From Guillardia theta CCMP2712 (taxonomy: Eukaryota > Protista > Cryptophyta), in the NCBI RefSeq assembly GCF_000315625.1, contig NW_005434600.1, positions 291,150 to 355,149 of the forward strand: a stretch of 64,000 bases of DNA, in the 5' to 3' direction. Positions 1 through 11,905 of this stretch are shown here, one piece after another. Position 1 is the stretch's first letter, and every line of letters starts with the position of its first letter. The notes below the pieces were generated by a model, which worked only from the letters and a program-made list of their open reading frames with translations, was not told the DNA's origin and did not search any database. The position numbers and the translations under genes were made by a program.

Positions 1-93
1 CTTAAAAAACCGTCTTGTGATACTGAAAATGCTCGCCCGACTACTCCTGCTCCTGCTGCTGCTGCTGCTGCTGATGCTGCTGCTGCTGCTTCA

Positions 94-125
<32 letters not shown>

Positions 126-204
126 GGCTGCTGCTGCTGCTGCTGCTGCAGCTGCTGCTGCTGCTGCTGCTGCTGCAGCTGCTGCTGCTGCTGCTGCTGC
201 TGCA

Positions 205-269
<65 letters not shown>

Positions 270-1040
270 TGCTGCTCCTGCTGCCGCTCGCTCCGTTCGA
301 ATTCTTCCTCAAAACTCTCTTCTGACGAACTCCAAGAGTTTCAATCAGGCTAGTCGCATTCCGATGTACAAAGGTTTTGCTGATCCCCGCTCTGTTGAAG
401 AATTCCTTCGTCAGTGCAACCGCGAATTAATCGCTCAAGAGATTCCAACTCGCAAATGGGTTAAAAGCATCACGCCGTTGTTCACCAACGAAGTGATGGT
501 GGTGATAGAACGCAAATATAAAAAGAGTCTCGAAGCAATCAACAGGCTCAAATGGGATGAATTTTCAACTCATCTTAGTTCATGTCTAGCCCCGATGCGG
601 CAAGCCAAGAACTATCAGACTCAGCTTGATCAGCTCAAGCAGCAGCCCAACGAATCCGCCGGGCTGGGCGTACTTGACTCGCGCCACAAAACTCTTCGCC
701 ACACTCGAATCGCAAGTAGGTTGAGCTATCCTGTATTTCAACGATCAGCCACTCCGGAAATTCATCAAAGGATTTTCGCATACGCCGACGCGCACGTCTA
801 TCCACACATGGTTTACGATTTATCGCATTCAGTACGGACACGGAGAAGACATGTTGTCTCGTCTGGTCACTTTCATCACAGCTCTCCTCGACGATGGTGA
901 ACCGTTAACGTCTAAGCAGCCTAACAATCTAAGCAGCCTAACAATCCAAGAAGAAGTCCAACGGTAAAGAAAACCAGCGCAAGCCGAAGTCCGTCTGTTG
1001 TTTTTATTGTCAAGAACCGGGTCATATCAAGCCGGACTGC
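1..1040 (+). pseudogene. Retrotransposon gag with long poly-Ala tract and CCHC zinc knuckle (frameshifted)
   Basis: Frame 1 open from base 1 (LKKPSCDTENARPTTPAPAAAA...) into ORF 364-900 (YKGFADPRSVEEFL...LDQLKQQPNES); CFYCQEPGHIKPDC (CX2CX4HX4C) at 999-1040 in another frame. Confidence 0.8.
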
Positions 1041-1939
1041 GAACAGTACAAGCGCCGCAAGTCGCCCTCCAGCAGGAGCGCCATGACCGGAAAAACTCAT
1101 GGCGACCCAGCATAAACAGCATATTCAGCTTTTAGCTACTCTTCATGCAAAGAGAGGGGAGCCAGCCCTCTCTTACCAGGTTTCGTGCTGCCGCCTGATC
1201 GGAACGCGTCGTGCTCAACGGCCGCGTCCCTTCCTACGGGTCAACTCCATGTTTGCCCCTGCTTAGCCCTCAGCCGTAGCGGAGGCGTCGCTTCAGCTCG
1301 CCTTACTAGGTGACCCGATCTTATTCGGCTCCCCGTCAGCATCAGCTCTTCCCGAGTTCATGCTCACCAGACCGTCGCCCTGCTCGACCACGGCGCGACG
1401 ATCATCATCATGTCTCAGCAGCTGTTTCGGCAGCTGGGACTCCCCGAGACTCTGCTCCAGCGTGATACTCAGTTCACCGGGCAAGTTGCGGACGATCATT
1501 AGGTGCAAACCCTCGGCTCCATCTCGCTCGCCTATCGCATCGGGCGCTTTTCTAGCAAAGATACGTTTCATATCTTGCCACATTGTTCTCAACCCCTGAT
1601 CTTGTCTCTTTCAACTGTCACAACGCTGTGTACGTTCGGCGAACCCGCGAAGTGATCGTCGATTCCCCCAAAGCTCGACGCGCCCCTCCGCTTAGCTTCC
1701 GTCTCGCTCACCGATGCTGCCGCTCACGCTCTGCGCGTCGCCAATCCCAACGAGGAATGGTTCTTGTTGCACCTGCATGTCCCTACCGGCGACAGCTTCC
1801 GCCTCGGCGTCTATCGCCGATCCGCCAGCGGGCGCCCCTGCTCACCTTGCTCAAGCCCTCTCTGAGGAACTTCGCCCACGTCCTCGTCGACGATCTGCCG
1901 CAAGGCCTTCAGATCACCCGTCCCCCCCCGGGCCCAGTT

Positions 1940-3065
1940 TGACGCTCACATTCAGCTCAAGCCAGGGACCTTACCCATTAACTGCAGGCCATACCGCATC
2001 CTCCTTCATCTTGAAGGAGAACTCCAGGCTACCATCGCGTACATGCTCGAACACGACATCATCGAACCGTCAAATAGTGAGTTTGCCTTTCCAACGATCC
2101 ACGCTCCCCAACTGATCCCAAAAGCTACCGCTTTTGCTGCGACCTTCATCGCTTAAACCAAGTCGTCTTGAATCAGCAGACCGCTGCAACTCCTCAGCAG
2201 ACCGCTGCAACTCCTACCGTCGATGAGATGTTGGAAAAGATCGCCGACACCGTCCGTCAAGGCCAAGCCCGTCACAAAACCGATGAGCAGCTATGCATCA
2301 CTACGCTTGATTGTTTCAAACGTTTTTGGCCAGTGTCCCTGATCGCCGATATCTCGCGTTCATCACACCGATTGGTCACTACCAATACAAGCGCCTACCA
2401 TTTGCAAACAGCATATTCCAAGGATTCATCCAGCAGGTCCTTCATGATCTACCCCATACGTTTGCATACATCGACGACATCGTCTCAGGTCTTCCTCAAG
2501 AAAGAAAAAGCTCAATTCTTCCGTACCAGTGTTGACATCTCCGCGTGGTCGCTACCGACGACTACTACACAAGTCAAGATGTTTCTTGGACTAGCTTCCT
2601 ATTATCGAAAGTTCATCCGCAACTTCTCGACAATAGCAGCCCCTCTGACTGACCTTCTCCGCAAGGGCGCTCAGTTTCAGTGGACTGCAGCATGAAGCAA
2701 GCTTTGACGTCTCAGCCCCTCCTGCATCACTTCGACCCGTCCCTTCCGACCGAAGTGCATTGCGACGCATCCAACGTGGGTATAGGAGGTGTACTCTTAC
2801 AGCAGCTTCCCAACGCCCCCGCCCGCGTCATTGGCTACCACGCGACCGAACGAGAGTAACTTGCAATCAAGGATACCATCCTTTTCTTCAAGTTCTACTT
2901 GATAGGGACTCCATTCAAGGTCTTTACTGATCATCAAGCTCTCACGTATTTCCAGACACAGAAAGACATCAACAGCAGATTGATTCGTTGGCTTCAAACG
3001 CTCAGCGAGTTTGCAATCACCGAGTACTGTTACGTCAAAGGTTCTCAGAACGTCGTCCCCGACGC
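1940..3065 (+). pseudogene. Reverse transcriptase / RNase H remnants
   Basis: AFITPIGHYQYKRLPF...AYIDDI (2311-2535 frame); FLGLASYYRKFIRNFSTIAAPLTDLL; EVHCDASNVGIGGVLLQ; FKVFTDHQAL...RLIRW; split over several frames. Confidence 0.9.
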
Positions 3066-4582
3066 TAAGGCTCAGCCGTCAAGATGAAGTTCCCCTCTCG
3101 ACTGCAGTCGCTCCTCATCACGAGCAACTCTCTCGCCAAGAGGACGGCTTCTTGCTCGCCTTCACCGTCAGCGCCTTGCAGCCTTTGCCCGACCAGATTC
3201 AAGCCGCCTATGAGACGTGCGACTTTTGTCGTCCTCTTATCCAACGTCTCCGCGCCAAGTCTTCTGTAACTTCTTTTCATCTGCATGATGAGCTTCTGTT
3301 TTATACAGATTCGTTGCGCCGCATTCGCCTGTGCATTCCGCAAGCATTGCGTCGAGAAGTTCTCTTTCGCGCCCACGACCTTCAGTCCCACCTCGGGTTT
3401 TCAAGAACCTACCTTCAGCTAGCAGCAACCGTTCATTGGCCCCAGCTTCGGAAAGACCTCGAGCTCTACATCCTGTCATGCCAGCATTGTCTTCAAGGGA
3501 AATCTTATCGCCAACGACCTATGGGTACTCCTCATTCCCATGCCGTTCCCTCGACACGCTTCGAAGTCGTCAGCCTCGACTTGCTGACCGGGCTCCCACG
3601 AACTCGAGATAAGAACGATGCAATTCTTCTTTTCATGGACGAGTTCACAGGGCGAGTTTATCTCACCCCCTGCCGTAAATCGATTACTTCTGAACAAGCT
3701 GCTCAAAAATTCATCGAAACCGTGTTTCGATCCCAAGGCCTTCTCAAGTCCTTATCAGCGACAACGCTGTCATCTTTTCGTCCAGATTCTGGAACGCGCT
3801 CAGGCTTCAAGATGCTCAACGTTCACGTGAAGCATTCGTCGCCTTTTATGCCTCAAAGCAACGGTCGACCCGAGCGTATGAACTCCGTCGTCCTCGAAGC
3901 TCTTCGTATCTACACCACGCAGTATCCTCGAGCCGATTGGGATAGGTACCTCCCCATCCTGGAAACTCACCTCGACTCAGCTGTTCGCCGTCCCATCGGT
4001 GCCATCCCTTTCGAAGTCATGTTCGGCAAACCTATCAGGACACAACTTTCTCTGCCTTCACCTGACGATCATCAGGACGAGACCCTCGACTCCATTCGTG
4101 AAGCAACCGAAGTCAGCGCCGAAGCTGCCCGAGCTGCTCTCGAAGCTGCAGCGCGTGCCACCGAAGCTCGCCTTGCGCAAGTCCGTCGTCCCTGCCGCTA
4201 TCAAGTTGGAGATCTGGTTTGGCTCTCAACCGCCAACCTCAACATCCCCGACGCCGCCTCGAAGCTCAACCCTCGCTTCGTTGGTCCCTTCCGCATCCTG
4301 CCACCGGAAATTGTTTCAGACAACACCGTTCGTCTCGACGTCTCTCCTCGCTTCGCATCGATCAGAAACACCGTCATCAACATCAAGTGGCTTTGTCCGC
4401 ATACAGAGCGCGACCCTGCCTATCAAGATCCCCAGCGACCACCCGAACCTCTGGCCACCAGAGACGGCTTGGAATACGAGATTGAGAGCATTCTCAGCAA
4501 ACGTCGTCGCGGTCGAGGTATTCAGTACCTTGTTAAGTGGACAGGCTATGATCAAGTCAAACAATTGGCTTCCTGCTCGTGA
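3011..4582 (+). pseudogene. Integrase (HHCC, DDE core, GPF motif) with C-terminal chromodomain
   Basis: AHDLQSHLG...CQHC; VSLDLLTGLP; PQSNGRPERMN; PRFVGPFRI; EYEIESILSKRRRGRGIQYLVKWTGY; core appears locally frameshifted near 3745-3810. Confidence 0.9.
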
Positions 4583-4769
4583 ATTGCAGCAGAAATCTTC
4601 GCGAACTCATCCGTCAATTCAAAGAACGTGAAGCTCTTCAAGCTTTACCCTCCAACGCCTTGGACTCCTCCGACTCGTCTGAAGTGGAACTTCAAATCCT
4701 GTCGTTCATCTCCTCATGGTAAGAGCGAAGGACAAAGTGGTACTAAGTTGTCAAGCGCAGATGGAGCGA

Positions 4770-5016
4770 TGTTGTATCCATGAGGATCCGGAATCACGGA
4801 TACTCGTCGGATACTCTGCCGGATATTCTCTATTTAACCGGACGCTTCCTGAGCGCCCGGCCTCTTGATTTTCCCCCACTTGCATGCACAGTGAGTGTGG
4901 TGGTTGTGCGTAGTTTACATCTCAGTAAACTTAGAGACTTCTATCTTCTGCATCTCTATCTTCTTCATCCTTACTTTGCTCGTGTCGTTGACAATCTCTG
5001 TGTTGTGTATACAACA
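4770..5016 (+). repeat. 3' LTR (247 bp)
   Basis: Begins TGTTGTAT and ends ATACAACA (perfect 8-bp terminal inverted repeat, TG...CA); preceded by purine-rich AGATGGAGCGA; downstream of chromodomain. Confidence 0.8.
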
Positions 5017-5084
5017 CTGCTGCTGCTGCTGCTGCTGCGGATTCCTGCCTTTCTCCCCTTCTCCTCCTTCCCGACCTCCTTGCC

Positions 5085-5240
5085 CTTCCTCCACGCCCTC
5101 TTCCTTCTCCGCCTCTCCCCCGATGACCTCTCCAGCTTGCTAGCCCCCCTGCAAACACGCGCGGCAGACAGGCCAGCTCTGCCGAGAGCGCAAACTCAAG
5201 TCGGACAAGTTGCAGCGGAGGAGGCGGAAGCTGAGGGCTC
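5085..5240 (+). pseudogene. Internally deleted relic of the Zn2Cys6 gene family
   Basis: PFLHALFLLRLSPDDLS matches the copies at 5849-6430 and 9474-10010; GQLCRERKLKSDK in a shifted frame with Cys ligands lost. Confidence 0.65.
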
Positions 5241-5848
5241 TGGGCGAGAGCTGCCTGGTTTGCTTATGTCTTTCCACTGGCCTTGTGTTCTTAAGGGTCA
5301 ATATGAGCTGGGTCGAAGCTAGGTATCAAACACCCTCATCCCTGAGCATCTCAGTCGTGTAGCCATCATAAAGCAGGCGAGGCGATTATTCTTTATATAT
5401 CTGCGGTATGTGGTGATAAACGTGGCATGGTAGCACCAATGAAGAAGAGCGTCAACCATGCCAAGCACCGACCTTGCTCTCAACCCTCGGATCCTCTAGA
5501 TAGAGTGCTCTTCTCACTGACCAGGCATGCTCCTTGAGGAGATGCAAATCAACACCATACTCTGTTGTTCATGATCAACACCACCCAAGCGCGCCTCATT
5601 CACGGCATGCCCGCGGTCTTCTGCAGCTCCAGGCCCGCCCTCACACACTCACTGACAGCTCACATACGCCCGCCAGCAACCTCCGCCCCTGCTTGCCTGC
5701 TTGCCTGCTGCCCGCAAGCCACCGCACGCTCTCTCAGCGCACTACACCGGTGTCTGGGGCCTCCCCTCCCCTCCCCGAGACACCTCTCCTCGTCCTCCGC
5801 CGCTTTGTCCTCAGCTTGTCCGCATCGGCACGTCGAAACACGCCCAGG

Positions 5849-6430
5849 CTATACCAAGAAGCCCTCCGCTATCTCGGTCAGCTCCACGCTTCCCTCTATC
5901 CAGCCGCTGGCTTGCCCCCTCGCATCCGTCGTCGCCTCGGCCCTCGGCTTCCGCCCCCTCCGCTGACCTGCCTGACTCTCACAGTCCGTCCTGAAGTGCA
6001 CGCACTGCCCGCATGGCCGACGCTCGTCGCACTTGAGCTTCCGCTGCCGGCAGAGCTGACAGGCCTCCCGCGCGTACCTCCCCTTCCCCCGCGCCCCCGC
6101 CCTCCCGGCCTCGCCCTCGGCCTTGCCGGCTGCGACGGCGTCGGCGAAGGACAAGGAGGGAGGCTGCTTGTCGTCGTCGGGCCAGGAGGTGAGCTGGTCC
6201 CAGAGGGGCATGGCGGGGAGGTCGGGGGAGTCGAGGGGGTCGAGGAGGTCGAGGTCGGGGGCGAGGTAGACGGAGAGGTCGTCGGGGGAGAGGCGGAGGA
6301 GGGAGAGGGCGTGGAGGAAGGGGGGCGGAGGATGAGGGCCGTGAGAGGGAAGGGGACTAGCTGGAGGGTTTGGAATCATCTGTATCAGACTGTGTATCGC
6401 TTGGCGGGTGTGTCGGAGAAGCTGGTTCAC
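5849..6430 (-). CDS. Small Zn(II)2Cys6 binuclear cluster protein (copy 1)
   Basis: ACQLCRQRKLKCDERRPCGQCVHFRTDC fits C-x2-C-x6-C-x5-C-x2-C-x6-C; intronless; start uncertain (in-frame ATG near 6379). Confidence 0.8.
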   Translation of the reverse strand: MNQLLRHTRQAIHSLIQMIPNPPASPLPSHGPHPPPPFLHALSLLRLSPDDLSVYLAPDLDLLDPLDSPDLPAMPLWDQLTSWPDDDKQPPSLSFADAVAAGKAEGEAGRAGARGKGRYAREACQLCRQRKLKCDERRPCGQCVHFRTDCESQAGQRRGRKPRAEATTDARGQASGWIEGSVELTEIAEGFLV

Positions 6431-7058
6431 ACAGCAAGGAGGGAGCGATCTTTTACGCTCGAGGAGCTCCAGGTAGTGGCAGCCGCAGAGGCAAAGATTT
6501 TAGTTGTCCGGGGCAGTGAAGGGTAGGTGGGGTGGGAGAGGGGTGGTAGCTAACAGGTTTTCGTAGGCTTCTATGGGCCCTATATGCCCCTGGTCCTAGG
6601 GGGCTTGGCTTGTAAAGTCACCTACAAGGTTTCAAAAGATTTTCATTGGCGGTCACTCAAATATAAGTCATTTTAATTTGAGTTTGAAACGACGCGTTCG
6701 GGTTCCCCAGATTTTGCTTTTCGAATGGGCAGGCACTACACTGAAATATACTATTCGCTCAATCGAAAAAAAAGTGGTGTAGTGTAGGGAGGGTACGTGC
6801 TGGGAGCATCAGGATGAAAGGGCAGGGGACCCCACCCCCAATCAATAGCTGAAAGAGAGTGATATCAAGAAAGTCACCGATTTTACAACACAACCGCACC
6901 GAAAGTTTACTCGCCTAGGTACTTCCCTATGACCTGAGTCAGTCAGCAGAGCAGGTCCTAGGGAATTATCACAAATAATTGTCCTCGTACTGATTTTTAA
7001 CTTAACTTTGAGTAAAGGCTGTGCACGCATGTGAATTTTAAAAATCGCCCGCGTCACA

Positions 7059-8057
7059 ATGTCCGACAACGAACCTTCGCGATCATCGTCCTCGCATGAT
7101 GCTGAGAGTATGTCATCTTGCAAGTCTTCAGCCACGAAGCGATTTCTTCTTACAGATTTGTCGTCGGATTCGAAACGGGCATACATGGAAGAACAAAGGC
7201 AGAAGAAAGTGAGACGTTCCAAGGCGTGGCGTGATGCGAACAAGCAATCATCTCAACTTGCAGAGACGCCGCCCTCACCCACCTGAAATTTGATATCGGA
7301 ACTGGACAGCAAGCCAATGATCCTCAATATGGACCATGAAACAAATACTCGGTGGGACAGGAAAACCGATGGTGTGCGTTTGGTGCATTTATTGCTGAAA
7401 CCACCGCCTGAAATGGTTGGTTCTCTTGAAAAGATGTTCACAAAATCGACATGGCAACAACTTACCCTTCGGCAGAACAACCGACAAGATAATTTCACGA
7501 AGGAAAGTGCTGTGTTTCGTGATCCCTTGTGGTGTCCTGGTTTAGGCTTCGATGATGCTTTCCTTCGCGAGATGGGAGCAACCCCGCGTCATCCCAACCT
7601 TTCTGTTACACCTCTAGTACTCAGCAAAAAGTTCAGTGAACTCAAGACCTATATCAACGATGTTCTTCGCAGACGCAAGTCAGTTGACAATCACGATGAC
7701 ATGTATGAGCTTTGCGTAGTTGAACATGTTCCTTCCATTCCTGAAGTATACTCCTATCTCAGAATGGTAGAATACTGTGATCTTGAAGGAACCAACGACA
7801 TCATATTGGATACATTGCGAGAAGAAGCATTGGTTGACTATGGACCTTCGAACGACATGGATTTGACAAGAACGCCATTGAACAACATGCAATCGAAGAA
7901 ATCGAAACCTCACAATTCACTGTCATCATCGCAGAATTCCCAAATGCATGTGGATAACCTTGACAAGGATGTACAAACCATTCTAGATGACTTCAAGCAG
8001 ATTGTGACGAAATTGAAGAGTGGCGCTGACAAGCTGAATGCTATTCAAATCGATTGA
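7059..8057 (+). pseudogene. Putative second ORF of a PIF/Harbinger element, one in-frame stop
   Basis: ORFs 7059-7286 and 7290-8057 share a frame, separated by a single TGA; lower GC than host genes; convergent with the transposase; no Myb/SANT motif recognised. Confidence 0.5.
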
Positions 8058-8225
8058 AGTCTGCTCTATTACGTGATCTCTCGCTCTGTAACATGATCTC
8101 TTCTGGACTGCACGGAGTTCACGTCGGCTTCGATGAAGTGCATATCAGTGGTTTTATGAAAGCTTATGAGTATGTTTCATCCTTCTGACATACGAGTAAA
8201 TAAAAGAGAACGTATCGATTTCATA

Positions 8226-8887
8226 TCAGCACATTCTTCCAACTCTTCGACCCTGGCACGACTCTCTCAGTTGTGGCAGATCAATACACGATGGCCGCAT
8301 GTCATTCGTAATTCGATCAGCAGAATTTTCCATGATAGATTCTGGTCCAACATCTTCACCGATTACATGGTTGTCTGACGCACTGAATTCCAGACAAAGA
8401 TTATGCAAGACTGCACATGCGGCTAATATCCTTGTTGTGTTTACAAGGCGACACCGGATCGGTCTCCACAAGATGCCAAAACGATTACAAGTAATCCCCA
8501 GGTACATTCAGTTTTAGGCTGCAATCCGCTGAACCGCAAATTGAAGTTCTCATGCGCCTGTGACATTGAATTTGGGTTCTTCAGATCGAAAGGAGTCAAC
8601 ATTCGATTACAACTTTTGTATGCAGCATCAGCCATGATGTAAAACGGCTTAGGTAAACGACCTCCATCAATCAACTTGCACAAGTTTGATTGTTTCCAAG
8701 CGAAAGAATCATGTGATGAACCCGGCGTTCGAAGAGAAATGTATAAAATCTTCATGTGGCTGTCACAAACTCCTTGCATATTAGTGCGTACATGGCTTTT
8801 CTGCAGTATTACCTGGTTGGGCAAGATATCTCCGCCAATGACAAGAAAAAATTCACATCTTGACCTCTCTCTATTCGCTAACAACAC
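8226..8887 (-). mobile_element. PIF/Harbinger-type DDE transposase remnant (frameshifted, N-terminus missing)
   Basis: YCRKAMYAL/NMQGVCD, PGSSHDS, YIMADAAY, LTPF, ENFN, ECTWGLL/RFGILWRP, ACAVLHNLC are the characteristic Harbinger/HARBI1 motifs; frameshifts near 8780 and 8485. Confidence 0.9.
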
Positions 8888-9473
8888 TAAAAAGACATAC
8901 AGCGCAAGGAGTGACCCTTAGAATGCTGGGCCTTCACCCTCTCAACGAGAGTCGGATTTCTTTCTCATTGATTGAGATGTATTGATCATTCCCTGCTCCA
9001 TAAAGCTGCTGCGCCACCTGTAGCGCACGTTCGAGGATCAGGAGAACCTGGAATCTTATCTAAGTATGCGAGCCTGCTCGTCGACTATCCTCATTGTCCG
9101 TGAATGTTCACTGTCACACTGTAGGACTGTCAGTATAGGGCTCAGCAGTGTTGCCCTGTCGGACTGTAGTAACGTGTCCTAAGGCTCTCGAAGCTCTTCG
9201 CTGAGTTCCGAAGTTCAGCACTTTCACTGACACGTCTTGTCGAGCCCCAGGTTGCATGACATTCAAATGTTCCGGCTGACAGGCATGAAATCGTCAGTGA
9301 GCTCTCGGGCAACTCCTTGCGAATAATTTTCCGATGGTTGACTGAAACTTGTTTCAGGCGGTCATTCCCCACCCCTCAATCTCCCCCACCCTCCACCCCT
9401 CCCTTTAGGATCCGAGGCTTCCCTTTACAGAACCTCCAGTGCGCGCGATCGGACAACACCACTGAGCTCCCTC

Positions 9474-10010
9474 ATGTCTGCCACAAGCCTCCTCCTCCTC
9501 CCTCCGCCCTCCCACAACCTCCAAAGCGCCCTCTCCCTCCTCCGCCTCTCCCCCGATGACCTCTCCGTCTACCTCGCCCCCGACCTCGACCTCCTCGACC
9601 CCCTCAACTCCCCCGACCTCCCCGCCATGCCCCTCTGGGACCAGCTCACCTCCTGGCCCGACAACGACAAGCAGCAACCCGACCAGCTCCTGACCCCCTT
9701 GTCCTTCGCCGACGCCGTCGCAGCCGGAAAGGGCGAGGGCGAGGGCGAGGCCGGGAGGGCGGGGGCGCGGGGGAAGGGGAGGTACGCGCGGGAGGCTTGT
9801 CAGTTCTGCCGGCAGCGGAAGCTCAAGTGCGACGAGCGTCGGCCATGCGGGCAGTGTGTGCACTTCAGGAAGGAGTGTGTGAGTCAGGCAGGGCAGCAGA
9901 GGGGGCGGAAGCCGAGGAGACGGGTGGGGACAAAAGTCACTGTGGGGATAAGGAGCGATGAATTTGAAGACGTTGAAACCTGGGAGGTAGCAAAGAGCTT
10001 CTTGGTTTGA
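9474..10010 (+). CDS. Small Zn(II)2Cys6 binuclear cluster protein (copy 2)
   Basis: ACQFCRQRKLKCDERRPCGQCVHFRKEC; near-identical core to copy 1 in inverted orientation; similar C-terminus (EVAKSFLV vs EIAEGFLV). Confidence 0.82.
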   Translation: MSATSLLLLPPPSHNLQSALSLLRLSPDDLSVYLAPDLDLLDPLNSPDLPAMPLWDQLTSWPDNDKQQPDQLLTPLSFADAVAAGKGEGEGEAGRAGARGKGRYAREACQFCRQRKLKCDERRPCGQCVHFRKECVSQAGQQRGRKPRRRVGTKVTVGIRSDEFEDVETWEVAKSFLV

Positions 10011-10284
10011 GTTGACCAGTCACCATCGTGTGCGTCTTGGGGTGTCAGGTCTTGCAAGAGGAGGGCGGAGATCAACATACAAATCAAGGTTTACCTGTGG
10101 TACAGAAATGAACCGAGATGGAATGATGAAGTGTGAGACTGTATCAAAGTTTAGCAGACAAACATACATGATGAAAACACATATGGTAAAGGATTGGACA
10201 GCTGATTGACGGCCGAATATCTAGCCAAGTATCCCTGTTGTTTGGACCTGTGGTTGGATACAATAATCGACTGCTTGCTGCCTC

Positions 10285-10715
10285 AACATCACCATCTCCA
10301 TCATCATTGTCCCATTTGTCATCCACATCATCATCATCTCCTTCATTCCTTTACCATCATCGTCGTCATAATCATTCTTATCATCATAATCGTCTCCATC
10401 ATCATTCTCACAACCATCATTATCACCAACACCACCATCGTAATTATCATCATTTCAACTGGACTTCATCATTATCATCATAATCGTGTCCATCATTATT
10501 CCATCTTCATCATTATCATCGGACGAATATAATCTCCATCATCATTATAACCAGCATCACCACCACCACCACCACAATTATTTCATCACCATCATCATTT
10601 TCATGATGACCACCATCATCACCAGCAGCAGCACAATTATTTCATCTCGATCATCATTTTCATGATGACCACCATCATCACCATACTCATCATCGCCGCC
10701 ATCATCGTCATCATG
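10285..10715. repeat. Degenerate (CAT/CAC)n microsatellite
   Basis: Direct reading. Confidence 0.9.
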
Positions 10716-10878
10716 CTTGATAGCCTAGCAGCCGAACTCCATCACTCAACAACGCAGTGATAACCACCACCTGGCGATTGATCATAGCAGGTCAGAGTTC
10801 AATGCACGGTTGATGAATCTTACCACGTGGATTCGGGAGTCCGTGATCGACCATGGCCAGTGCCCGTCACGGTTCAAC

Positions 10879-11352
10879 TTAGATCAGACTCTGCGAAGTT
10901 GTCAGCAAACTGACGAGGGTCCCGTTGGAGGGGACTTGTTCCTGATCAGAGGATTCAGTACTAGCTAATTCCTTAGCTAAATTGATGTCAGCGTTAACGT
11001 CTTGAAGGGTGACTTTCCCTGGCGGAGGACGCCTGTGCTCAATTCCATCATCTTTGGAGTTCGCAGTCGCTGCTAAGGTGGCGAGCAGGTGAGAACGCTC
11101 TTGATGCAAGGAGTCGGCCAGAAGAATGGGACCGCACATGCGATGGAATAGCTGGAGAGCTTGGTCCGTCGTCACTCGCGAGAACATGTTGGGACTGGAA
11201 AAAACAATTTTCGAGCTTGGTAGAGGTACAACGCTGAGTTGCCTCTTCTGATCTCCGATCAAGATACTCCGCAAGGGACATCTCTCTTGTTTCGGGCCCG
11301 ATGATCCGCGTTCACGATGTACGTTTCTATCCCTAGAAGTTGGAGTCGACAA
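10879..11352 (-). CDS. Hypothetical protein
   Basis: 157-codon complex-sequence ORF, no recognisable domain, non-ATG start in track. Confidence 0.3.
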   Translation of the reverse strand: MSTPTSRDRNVHRERGSSGPKQERCPLRSILIGDQKRQLSVVPLPSSKIVFSSPNMFSRVTTDQALQLFHRMCGPILLADSLHQERSHLLATLAATANSKDDGIEHRRPPPGKVTLQDVNADINLAKELASTESSDQEQVPSNGTLVSLLTTSQSLI

Positions 11353-11639
11353 TCTACATGTCTGACTACTGCCGCCCCCGCCTCTGCTCAGTACTACTCG
11401 GCGTCCGCTCCTCTCAACCTCCTCCTCAGATCTCTCTTCAGTACTACTTCAGAATTAAATGCTCCTGATTCCCCTGAGCCCGAAGTACTACCGTAGATTG
11501 AGGGCCCCTTTCCGGCTGAGGGTTCTTTTCTCACCTCAGTTCCACCTCGCCAGTCGCTTCTAGAATGAATGATGATATCAGGCTAAACGCAGAGAGTCTA
11601 AGCCACATAAACACCAGCTTTGCTGCGCACACCGTGGCA

Positions 11640-11905
11640 CACTGAGGGGAGGGCCCAGCCTGGACTCGAGGTACTACCGATGATCCATGGAAGTATCAAT
11701 ACTAAGCAATCGTGCCTCAGTGTAGTCGGAAACCTTCATGACCACGTCCGATCCTGCCCTGCGAACCCGGCCGGGCGTCCGACTAGTAGGCCGGGCCCGG
11801 CGGCGGTGCCAGGGGGCCAGTGCGGCCGCCGGCCCGGTCCGAGGCAGCACTGCGGCACGCGGCCGGACCAGCGGCCCGCCCATGGCGGGCCGGTGCCCCT
11901 GAGTA
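11640..11905. other. GC-rich palindromic-word intergenic block, followed by AT-rich tract (11905-12130) and TACCCC tract (12135-12290)
   Basis: CCGG/GGCC-dense block with abrupt transition to AT-rich DNA; the pattern recurs elsewhere in the window. Confidence 0.7.

Larger units (their letters stand above)
1..5016 (+). mobile_element. Degenerate Ty3/gypsy LTR retrotransposon (chromovirus type); 5' end lies outside the window
   Basis: Order gag - CCHC knuckle - RT - RNase H - integrase - chromodomain - purine-rich tract - LTR; multiple frameshifts and deletions in pol. Confidence 0.93.

Noticed and set aside
17-325. Poly-Leu and poly-Ser ORFs in the track
   Set aside because: Alternative frames of the (CTG)n tract; the frame continuous with gag is poly-Ala
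7284-7286. In-frame TGA as possible selenocysteine or readthrough
   Set aside because: The neighbouring transposase is also frameshifted, so a nonsense mutation in a decayed element is the simpler explanation; no SECIS evidence
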